NCBI GenBank assembly: GCA_965209155.1
Contig: OZ242383.1
Location: 3,168,001 to 3,232,000 of the forward strand
Reading direction: 5' to 3'
DNA length: 64,000 nucleotides
DNA from: a bacterium
Lineage (GTDB): Bacteria > SAR324 > NAC60-12
In this document: in pieces, positions 1-11,390 of the stretch
How positions within the stretch are numbered: the first letter of the stretch is position 1
Layout: each line of letters opens with the position of its first letter
The notes under the pieces: model-generated
What the model was told of the DNA's origin: nothing
Databases searched by the model: none
What the model saw: the letters and a program-made list of their open reading frames with translations, nothing else
Translations under genes and position numbers: made by a program

Positions 1-3000
1 TGTAGTTATTCTTTTCCCACTCAATCTGACCGAGTTGGTAGTTGAGAGAAGCGATTCTTTCTTTTGCATCATTCAGGTACTGATTATCTCCGGTTTTAAG
101 ATAGTTTTGATAAAGTTGTACAATGCCTTCGAGCCTAGTCCTTAGGTATTGGGACTTGGGTTGGCTCAGCAAGATCTGGTACTCCCCTTCTGCTATGAGA
201 AAAAGGGTGGGATCTCTCAAAGAAAATTCAGGGAATTGCTCCAATTTTTCAAAGAAAGTGATGGCTTCTTGGAAATTTTGCTTTTCCCATTCACTTTGAC
301 CTAGTTGGTAATAAAGTGAAGCAATTCGCGAGTTGGCATCAGCTTCGTACTGACTATCCTCCGCATCTAAATAGTTTTGATAGAGCCCTACAATGCTCTC
401 CATTCGGTCCTCTTTATTTTGAGGTTCAGACTCACTGAGCAGTATTTGATACTCCCCTTCTGCTTTCAGAAAAAGTGTGGGCAGACGCAAAGGAAATTGA
501 GGAAATTGGTCCAATTCGTCAAAAAATGCTATAGCCTCTCGATAGTTTCGCTTATCCCATTCATTCTGACCAAGTTGATAATATAGCGAAGCAATTCTCG
601 ATTGCGCTTCGGTTTGATATTGGACATCCTCGGTTTTGAGATAATGCTGAAAACGTTGCAGTATGGCTACCAGATGATCTCGATTGCGCTGGGATTCGGG
701 CTCTCTTTGCATTAATTGATATTCTCCTTCCGCTTTCAGAAAAAGAGCGGGGTCATGCAGAGAGAATTGAGGAAATTGCTTGAGTTCGTCAAAAAACGTG
801 ATTGCTTCCTGATAGTTTTGCTTTTTCCATTCCTGCTGCCCGAGCTGATAGTAAAGTAAAGCAATTCTCGCTTTAGCATCGTTATCGTATTCACCGTCCT
901 GAGTCTCTAAATAGTTTTTGAAGAGTTCTACGATGGATTCCAAATGAGTTCGTCGGTGTTGAGACTCAGGTAGGCTGAGCATGAGTTGATATTCCCCCTC
1001 CGCCTTAAGAAAAAGGGTATGGGGACGCAAAGGGAATTCAGGGAATTGCTCCAATTCGTCAAAAAAAGCAATGGCCTCTTGGTAGTTTTGCTTTTTCCAT
1101 TCACTTTGACCTAGTTGGTAATAAAGTGAAGCAATACGCGAGTTGGCATCTTTTTGGAATTGATCATCTCCGGTTTTCAGATAACTCTGATATCGTTGAA
1201 TGATACTTTCCATTCTTGTTCTATTATTTTGAGACTCTGGCTGGCTCTGCAGGATTTGATACTCTCCTTCGGCTTTAAGAAAAAGAGTGGGATGGCGTAA
1301 GGGGAATTCAGGGAATTGTTCCAATTTGTTAAAAAAAGCAATGGCCTCTTGGTAGTTTTGCTTTTCCCATTCACTTTGACCTAGTTGATAGAAAAGCGAA
1401 GCGATCCTCTCTTTTGCGTCAATTTGATACTGGTTATCCTCGGTTTTGAGATAGTTTTGATAAAGCAGTATAATCTCTTCTTTACGAGTTCGGTTATGCT
1501 GACGCTTGGGTTGGCTCAAAAGGATTTGATACTCTCCTTCGGCTTTGAGAAACAGAGTGGAATGACGCAAGGGAAATCGAGGGAAATGTTCCAATTTTTC
1601 AAATAATGCGATGGCTTCCTCGTAGTTATGCTTTTCCCACTGTTGCTGACCGAGTTGATAGTAAAGTGAAGCAACCCTTGCTTTGGCATCACCTTGATAC
1701 TGGCTGTCCCCGGTTTTAAGATAGTTCTGAAAGAGCTCAACGATGGCTTCCAAGTGAGCCCCGTTGTGCTTGGAATTTGGTTTGTTCAACAAAATTTGAT
1801 ACTCTCCTTCGGCTTTGAGAAACAGAGTGGAATGACGCAGGGGAAACTGAGGAAACCGTTCCAGGTTATCAAAATATGCGATGGCTTCTTGATAGTTTTG
1901 CTTTGCCCATTCTTGTTGACCGAGTTGATAATAAAGTGAAGCAATCCTTGCTTCGGCATCGTTTTGGTATTGGGTGTCCTTTGTCGCTAAATAATTTTGA
2001 AAGAGTTGCATGACGACTTTCAGGCGAGCCTGTTCATTCTGCGGATTTTGTTGATTCTGGAGGATTTGATATTCCCCTTCGGCTTTGAGAAACAGAGCAG
2101 GGTTGAGTAATGGAAATTGAGGAAACTGTCGTAATTCGTCAAAAAAAGCGACGGCTTCTCGATAGTTTTTCTTTTCCCACTCACTCTGCCCAAGCTGATA
2201 AAAAATCGAAGCAATCCTTACTTTGGCGTCTTCTTCGTATTCGCTGTCTTCGGTCTCGAGATAATCCTGATAGAGTTGAATGATACCTTCCAGACTGACT
2301 CGTTTGTGGCGGTATTGATGAGGCCGTTGCTGTAATAATTGATACTCTCCTTCAGCTTTGAGAAACAAGGTTGGGTGGCGCAGTGGAAATTGTGGAAACT
2401 GTTCCAGTTCGTCAAAAAAAACAATGGCTTCTTTGTAGTTTTGCTTCTCCCATTCCTGCTGACCGAGTTGGTAGTAAATTGAAGCAATTCGGCTTCTAGC
2501 GTCGCTTCGGTATTGTTCGTCCTGAGTTTCCAAATAGTTTTGGTAAAGTTGCATTATGGCTTCCAGACGAACTTGTTTGTGTTGCGATTTAGGCTGGTAC
2601 TGGAGGATTTGATACTCTCCTTCAGCTTTGAGAAACAAGGTGGTGTGACGCAGTGGAAATTGTGGAAACTGTTCCAGTTCGTCAAAAAAAACAATGGCTT
2701 CTCGATAATTTTGCTTCTCCCATTCCTGCTGGCCGAGTTGGTAGTACAGCGAAGCTATCCGTGCTTTGGCGTCATCTTGGTACTGTTTGTCCCCGGTTTT
2801 GAGATAATTTTGAAAGAGTTTTAAGATGCCTTCCAGATGAGAGCGTTCATGATGGGACTCTGGTAGGTTTATTAAGATTTGATACTCCCCTTCCGCTTTC
2901 AGAAATAAGGCTGGGTGGCGTAAGGGAAAGTTGTGGAATTGAGCCAATTCATCAAAAAAAGCGATGGCCTCTTTGTAGTTTTGTTTATTCCACTCATACT

Positions 3001-6000
3001 GTCCGAACTGGTAATAAAGCGACGCAACTCTTGCTCGGGCATCGGCTCGATATTGATCGTCTTTCGTCTCTAAATAGTTTTGGTACAATTGAACAATGGT
3101 TTCCAGATGGGTCCGTTTGTGCTCAGATTCTGGTAGACTTTGCAGGATTTGATACTCTCCCTCCGCTTTCAGAAAAATCGTGTGAAAGCGTAATGGAAAT
3201 TCAGGGAATTGCTCCAATTTTTCAAAAAATGTAATGGCTTCTTGGTAGTTTTGCTTTTCCCATTCACCCTGACCGAGTTGATAATAAAGTGATGCAATCC
3301 TTGCTTTTGCTTCTTCATTGTATTGACTATCCTCTGTCTCCAAATAGTGCTGAAAGAGTTGAGCTATGGCTTCTAAGCGCGATTGTTCGTGCTCCGACTC
3401 GGGCTGGCTTTGCAGGATTTGATATTCCCCTTCCGCTTTCAGAAAAAGGGCGGGGCGGCGCAACGGAAAGTCTGGGAATTCTTCGAGATTGTCAAAAAAA
3501 GCAATGGCCTCTTTGTAGTTTTGCTTTTCCCATTCACCCTGACCGAGTTGATAATAAAGTGATGCAATCCTTGCTTTCGCATCGTCTTGGTAACGGTTGT
3601 CTTCTGCCTCCAAGTAATTTAGAAAGAGCTGAACAATTGCTTCCAAGCGTGCCCGTTCATGCTGCGTTTCTGGCAGGCTTTGTAGGATGTGATACTCTCC
3701 TTCCGCTTTGAGAAAGAGAGTTGCGTGGCGCAACGGAAAATCTGGAAATTCTTCGAGATTGTCAAAAAAAGCAATGGCCATTTTGTAGTTGTTCTTTTCC
3801 CATTCACCCTGACCGAGTTGATAATAAAGTGATGCAATTCTCGACCGTGCATCACTTTTGTACTGGCTGTCCAGAGTCTTCAAATAGTTTTGGTAAAGCA
3901 GAACAATGGCTTCCAGACGAGCCCGTTCTTGCTGCGACTGAGGCAAATTTTGCAGGATTTGATACTCTCCTTCCGCTCTGAGAAAAAGGGCAGTATTACG
4001 CAAGGGAAAATCTGGAAATTCTTCGAGATTGTCAAAAAAAACAACTGCCTCTTCATAGTTTTTCTTTTCCCATTCACCCTGACCGAGTTGATAATAAAAT
4101 GATGCAATTCTCGACCGTGCATCGCTTCGGTATTGCCTGTCCTGTGTCTTCAAATAATTTTGATAAAGCAGAACAATGGCTTCCATACCTTCTCGATTAT
4201 TCTGAAATTCAGGCTGCTCGAGCAATATCTGATATTCTCCTTCAGCAATTAGAAAAAGAGCAGTATAGCGCAAAGGGAAGTTTGGGAATTGTTCGAGACG
4301 GTTAAAATAAGCGATTGCCTCTTCATAGTTTTTCTTTCTCCATTCACCCTGACCGATTTCATAGTAGAGTGAAGCAATTCTTGCGCGTGCATCACTTCGA
4401 TATTGATTGTCTTCTGTATTGAGATAGTTTTTATAGAGTTGTACGATGGCTTCCATACTTTCTCGATATTGCCGGGACGCAGGCTTTCCCAGCAATATTT
4501 GATACTCTCCTTCTGCTATGAGAAAGAGAGTGGGATGGCGTAAGGAAAACTTGGGAAATTGCTCGAGTTCGTTGAAAAAAACTATTGCTTCTTCATAGTT
4601 TTTCTCCTCCCATTGTTGTTGACCGAGTTGATAATACACTGAAGCTATCCGGGCTCTGGCGTCGCTCAGGTATTGGTTGTCATCGGTTTTCAGATAATTC
4701 TGAAACAATTGCACGATGTTTTCCATGTGGGCCCGTTCGCGCTGCGACTCCGGCATGATTTGTAGCACTTGATATTCCCCTTCTGCTTTAAGAAAAAGAG
4801 CAGTATGGCGAAGGGGAAATCGCGGGAATTGCTCCAATTCATCAAAATATGCGATGGCCTTTTTGTAGTTTTTCTCTTCCCACTGTTGTTGACCGAGTTG
4901 GTAGTAGAGTTCAGCAATTCTCGTTTTTGCCTGGCCTTGGTATTGGTCGTCTTCGGTTTTCAGATAATTTTGGTACAGCAGGATGATAGCTTCTAAATGA
5001 ACACGTTTATGCAGGGATTCAGGCTGCCTGAATAAAATTCTATATTTCCCTTCGGCTTTAAGGAACAGAGTCGGATGGCGTAGAGGAAATTGAGGAAATC
5101 GCTCCAGTTCATCAAAATAAGCAATGGCGTCTTCGTAATTTTGCCTATCCCACTGTTGTTGACCGAGTTGATAGTAAAGCGATGCAATCCGATCTTTGGC
5201 GTCAGCTTGGTATTGATCGTCCCCGGTTTCCAAATAGTTTTGAAAGAGTTGCACGATCACTTCCAAACGCGCCTGTTCTTGACGTGACTCGTGTTCTTTC
5301 TGTATGAGTTGGTACTCCCCTTCTGCTTTGAGAAAAAGGGCGGTGTGGCGTAAAGGAAATTGAGGGAATTGATTTAATTTGTCGAAATATGCAATGGCTT
5401 CTTTGTAGTCCTGCGTTTCCCACTGTTGCTGCCCGAGCTGATAATAAAGCGAAGCAATTCTCGCATTTGCATCACTTTGGTATTGGCTGTTTTCCGTGAC
5501 TAAATAGTTTTGGAAGAGCTGAACTAATGCTTCCAAACGAGCGCGTTCGTGCTGCGATTCAGGCGAATTCATCAGGAGTAGATACTCCCCTTCTGCTTTG
5601 AGAAAAAGGGTGGGGTGGCGTAAAGGAAAGTTTGGATATTTCTCCAGTTCGTCAAAAAAAGCGATAGCCTCCTTGTAATTTTTTTGTTCCCACTCATTCT
5701 GCCCTAGCTGGTAATAAAGTGAAGCGATCCTCGCTCGAGACTCATCCAGATACTGATTGTCCTTGGTATCAAGATAGTTTTGAAATAGTTGTATTATATT
5801 TTCGATACGACCCCGATCATGCGACGACTTTGGCTGGCCTAGCAGAATTTGATACTCCCCTTCCGCTTTCAAAAAAAGAGTGAGGTGGCGTAAGGGAAAT
5901 TGAGGGAACTGTTCCAATTTTTCAAAAAAAGCGATGGCCTCTTGGTAGTTTTGCTTCTCCCACTCTTGTTGACCGAGTTGATAGTAAAGTAAAGCAATCC

Positions 6001-9000
6001 TGGATCCAGCATCGCTTTGATATTGATTATCCTCTGTTTTAAGGTAGTCCCAATAAAGTTGAATGATAGCCTCCAGGCGGACACGTTTGTGCTCGGACCG
6101 AGGCTGGCCAAGCAGAATTTGATACTCTCCTTCCGCTTTCAGAAAAAGGGTGGGGTGACGTAAGGGGAATTCGGGAAATTGCTCTAGTTCATCAAAAAAA
6201 ACCAGTGCTTTTTGGTAATTTTGCTTCTCCCACTCCTGTTGACCGAGTTGGTAGTAAAGTGAAGCGATTCTCGCTCGAGCATCGCTTCGGTATTGGCTGT
6301 CCTCTGTTTTGAGGTAGTCTTGAAAGAGTTGAATAATTCTTTCCAGACGACCTTGTTTGTGCTCGGATCGAGGTTGGCTGAGCAGAATTTGGTACTCTCC
6401 TTCCGCTTTCAGAAAAAGAGCTGTAAAACGTTGAGGAAACCGAGGGAATTGTTCTAATTTATTAAAAAGAGTGATGGCTTCTGCATAATTTTTCTTTTCC
6501 CATTCCTTCTGACCGAGTTGGTAGTAAAGTAAAGCAATTCTCGCTTTGGCATCGTCTTGGTACTTGGTATCTTTGGTTCTAAGATAGTTCTGATAAAGTT
6601 TTACAATGAATTCCAGGCGAGCACGTTCGTGCTCCGACTCAGATTGTTTTTGCAGAATTTGGTACTCCCCTTCCGCTTTCAGAAAAAGGGTGGGATGAAG
6701 CAAAGGGAACTGAGGAAATCGTTCCAGTTTGTCAAAATACCCGACTGCTTCTTTGTAATTTTTCTTTTCCCATTCCTTCTGACCGAGTTGATAGTAAAGT
6801 GAGGCGATTCTCTCATTGGCTTTCTCTTGGTACTGGATGTCTTTTGTTTTAAGATAATGCTGAAAGTTCTCCACAATGTTTTCGAGACGAGCTCTTGTGT
6901 GTTCGGTCTCAGGCTGGTTCTGCAGGATTTGATACTCTCCTTCCGCTTTGAAAAAATAGGTGGAACTACGTAAGGGAAATGAAGGGAAATGATTCAGTTC
7001 GTCAAAAAATTCGATTGCTTCTTTGTAATTTTTCTTTACCCACTCATTCTGACCGAGTTGATAATACAGCGAAGCGACCCTTGACTCAGCATCATTATTA
7101 TATTGGCTATCCCCCGTTTCCAAATAGTTCTGATAGAGATCAATGATGCCTTTCAGATGAGCATTAGTATGATGGGACTCAGGCTCACCGAGCAAGATTT
7201 GATACTCCCCTTCCGCTTTCAGAAAAAGAGTGGAATGACGTAGAGGGAATCGAGGAAATTGCTCCAATTCATCAAAATATGCGATTGCTTTTTTAAAGTT
7301 TTGCCTGTTCCATTCATTTTGACCAAGTTGATAGTAAAGTGAAGCAATCCTCGCCTCAGCATCACCTTGGTATTGACTGTCCCGGGTTTTCAAATAATTT
7401 TGAAAGAGTTGCGCAATGGTTTCCAAGCGGGTTTGATTTTTGTGCGCTTCAGGTCGACTCAGTAAGATTTGATACTCCCCTTCTGCTTTCAGAAAGAGAG
7501 AGGGGTGGCGTAGTGGGAATTGAGGAAATTTTTCTAATTTGTCAAAGAAAGCCACGGCTTCTTGATAATTTTGTTTTTCCCATTCCTGCTGTCCGATCTG
7601 GTAATAAAGTGAAGCAATTCTCGCTTTGGCATCGTCTTGATACTGGCTGTCCTTGGTCTCCAAATAGTTTTGGAAAAGCGCCACCACGTTTTCCAAATGC
7701 GGTCGTTTGTGCTCTGATTCAGGCTGGCGGAGCAAAATTTGATATTTTCCTTCCGCCTTCAGAAAGTGGGTGGCGTGGATTAGTGGAAACTGAGGAAATT
7801 TTTCTAATTTGTCAAAGAAAGCCACGGCTTCTTGATAATTTTGTTTTTCCCATTCCTGCTGTCCGATCTGGTAATAAAGTGAAGCAATCCTCGCCTCGGC
7901 ATTCTCTTGATATTCGCTGTCATCAGTTTTGAGATAGTCCTGATAGAGAAGAAGGATTGCTTCCAGCTGAGCTCGCTTGTGTTCAGATTCCGGTTGGCTC
8001 TGTAGGATTTGATATTCCCCTTCCGCTTTCAGAAAAAGGGTAGGCTTGCTTAAGGGGAATTGAGGAAATTGCTCCACTTCTTCAAAATAAGCGACTGCAT
8101 CTTTGTAGTTTTGCTGTTCCCACTCAGTCTGACCGAGTTGATAATAAAGCATAGCAATCCTCGCTTTGGCATCATCTTGGTACTGGCTATCTTCTGTTTT
8201 GAGATAATTCTGAAAGAGTACAATGATGGCTTCCATACGAACCTTATTCCTATGAGGTTCGGGTTCACTTTGCAGGACTTGATACTCCCCTTCGGCTTTG
8301 AGAAAAAGTGCAGGATGGCGCAGAGGAAATTGAGGGAATTGTTCAAGTTTTTCAAAAAATGCAATCGCTTCCTTATAGCTTTTCTTTTGCCATTCTTGTT
8401 GGCCGATCTGGTAGTAGAGGGAAGCAATTCTCGCTGTTGCATCACTTTGGTACTGGCTATCCTGGGTATCTAAATATTTTTGATAAAGCCGTATACTGTC
8501 TTCTAAGAGGGCTTTTTCCTGTTGTGATTCAGGCAGGTTCTGGAGGATCAGATACTCCCCTTCCGCTTTGAGAAAAAGAGTGGGATGGCGTAAGGGAAAC
8601 TGTGGAAATCGTTCTAGTTCAGTAAAATAGGCGACGGCTTCCTCGTAATTTTGTTGCTTCCACTTATTTTGACCAAGTTGGTAGTAAAGCGATGCAATTC
8701 TTGATCTCGCATCATTTCGGTATTCATCCTCTTCAGTCTCCAAATAGTCTTGATAAAGCTTCACGATGCTTTCCAGACGAACTTGTTTATGTCCTGACTC
8801 GGGTTCGCTCAGCATGATTTGATATTCTCCCTCTGCTTTGAGAAAAAGGGCTCGAGGGATAAAGGGAAATCGAGGGAATTGTTCCAATTTATCAAAAAAA
8901 GTGATGGCCTCTTGGTAGTTTTGCTGTTCCCATTCCTGCTGACCGATCTGGTAGTAAAGCAGGGCGATTCTTGCTCGGGCATCTCCTTGATACTGGTTAT

Positions 9001-11390
9001 TTTTGGTCTTCAAGTAGTTTTGAAAAAGCTTCACGATTCGTTCCAGACGAACACGTTTTTGAAAAGACTTTGGTTGATTTTGTAATATTTGATACTCTCC
9101 TTCCGCTTTGAGAAAAAGAGCAGTGGGCCGTAAAGGAAATTGAGGGAATTGCTCTAATTTGTCAAAGAATATGATGGCTTCTTTGTAATTTTGCTGCTTC
9201 CACTCGTTCTGAGCGAGTTGATAGTAAAGTAAAGCAATCCTCGCTTTGGCATCACCTTGATACTGGCTGTTTTTTGTTTTGAGATACTTCTGATAGAGCT
9301 GGATGATATCTTCCAAAAGAGTCCGCTGATGCTGAGACTCAGGCAGACTTAACAAAATTTGATACTCACCTTCGGCTTTCAGAAAGAGGGCGGGGTGACG
9401 TAGAGGAAACTCAGGAAACTTTTCGAGTTTGTCAAAAAAAGCAATGGCTACTTTATAGTTTTGTTTTTTCCATTCTTGTTGGCCGATTTGATAGAACAGA
9501 GATGCGATTCTGTCTTTGGCGTCATCTTTATACTGTTTGTCCCCGGTTTTTAAATAGTCCTGATAAAGCTGTACAACGGCATGTAGACGACCTCGTTTTT
9601 GCTGAGATTTTGGTTGACGAAGCAGGATTTGATACTGGCCTTCTGCTTTCAGAAAGAGAGTAGTGGGGCGATGTGGAAACTCAGGAAATTTTTCTAATTC
9701 GTCAAAAAAGGCAATGGCTTCTTTATAGTTTTGTTTTTCCCATTCTTGCTGTCCGAGCTTATAGAGCAGTAAAGCGATTCTTGCTTTGGCATCACTTTGA
9801 TATTCAATGTCTTCGGTTTTCAGATAATTTCGATAAAACCGGATAATAGTTTCCAGACGTGTTCGTGTATGTTCTGACTCAGACTCGTGGATCAGGATTT
9901 GATACTCTCCTTCCGCTTTCAGAAAGAGGGCCACCGGACCTAACGGAAATTGAGGAAATTTTTCTAATTCGTTAAAAAAAGCGATGGCTTCTTTGTAGTT
10001 TTGCTGTTTCCATTCAATCTGCCCGATTTGATAGTAAAGCGAAGCGATCCTCGCTTTAGCATCGCTTTGGTACTGGTTGTCCCGAGTCTCCAAATATCTT
10101 TGGAAAAGGGTCACGATGTTTTCCAAGTGAGTTCGTGTGTGCTGGGATTCTGGTACGTGTTGCAGTATTTGATATTCCCCTTCAGCTTTAAGAAAGATGG
10201 CGGGATGGAGTAAGGGGAACTGAGGGAACCGCTCCAATTCGTCAAAAAAAGAAACAGCATGTTTGTAGTTTTGCTTCGCCCATTCAATCTGTCCGAGTTG
10301 ATAGTAAAGGGAAGCAATCCTTGATCTGGCATCGTCCTGATAGTGGTTGTCTCCGGTTTTGAGATAGTTCTGATAGAGCTGTAAGATGATTTCCATTTGA
10401 GCCCTGTTTTGATTGGAGTCGGGCTGACTGACCAGGATCTGATACCTCCCTTCGGCTTTGAGAAAAAGAGTCGAATGAAATAGCGGGAACTGGGGAAATC
10501 GCTCCAGTTCATTATAATATGAGATAGCCTTTAGATAGTTTTTGTTTTCCCATTCCCTGAAACCGAGTTGGTAGTAGAGCAAAGCAATTCTTTCATTCGC
10601 ATCGTCCAGGTACTGGAGATCATCGGTATTGAGATAGTTCTGATAGAGTTGAATGATGGCTTCCAAACGGGAGTTCTGGTGCGGGGAGTCAGGCTCACTG
10701 ATAAAAATTTGATACTCCCCTTCGGCTTTGAGAAAAAGAGTAGTCTTGCGAAGGGGAAATTTTGAAAATCGCTCCAATTTGTTAAAAAAGGCAATGGCTT
10801 CTTTGTAATTTCGCTGTTCCCACTCAATCTGACCGAGTTGATAATAAAGCGAAGCAATCCTTGCTTCAGCATCGTCTCGATACTGAGTGTCCTTGGTTGT
10901 TATATAGTTTTGATATGACTGAACGATTGCTTCCAGGCGGGCTCTTGTTTGCTGCGCTTTAGGCTCATTCAGCAATATCTGATACTCCCCTTCCGCAATG
11001 AGAAAGAGAGTTGGGTGGCGTAAGGGGAATTCGGGGAATTGCTCCAGTTTATCAAAAAATATAACGGCTTCTTTGTAATTTCGCTGTTTCCACTCAATCT
11101 GTCCGAGTTGATAGTAAAGGGAAGCGACCCTCTCTCTTGCATTATTTCGATATTGGTTGTCCTCCGTTTTCAGATAGTTCCGGTAGAGCTCTACAATGGT
11201 TTCCATACGAATCTTTTTCTGCCGCGCATCAGGCTCACTCAACAATATTTGATACTCCCCTTCCGCCTTAAAAAAAAGCGTGGAATCGCGCAGATGAAAT
11301 TGAGGGAAATGTTCCAATTTGTCAAAAAATATAAGGGCTTCTTTGTAGTTTTTCTGACCCCATTCATTTTGGCCGAGTTGGTAATAAATC
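1..11390 (-). repeat. Coding tandem array, 42 units of 270 bp (90 aa)
   Basis: The anchor gatactc(c/t)ccttc recurs at 178, 448, ... 2068, then 2341, 2611, ... 11251 (270-bp steps with one 273-bp step). Approximate consensus: IASLYYQLGQQEWEKQNYKEAIAFFDELEQFPQFPLRHPTLFLKAEGEYQILQ-x11-LEAIVQLFQNYLETEDSQYQDDAKAR. Confidence 0.97.

Noticed and set aside
1..11390. Array as CRISPR or as a DGR TR/VR set
   Set aside because: The period is 270 bp and protein-coding with no repeat-spacer structure. In the units I compared the differences were not restricted to adenines. No cas or RT gene is in the window.
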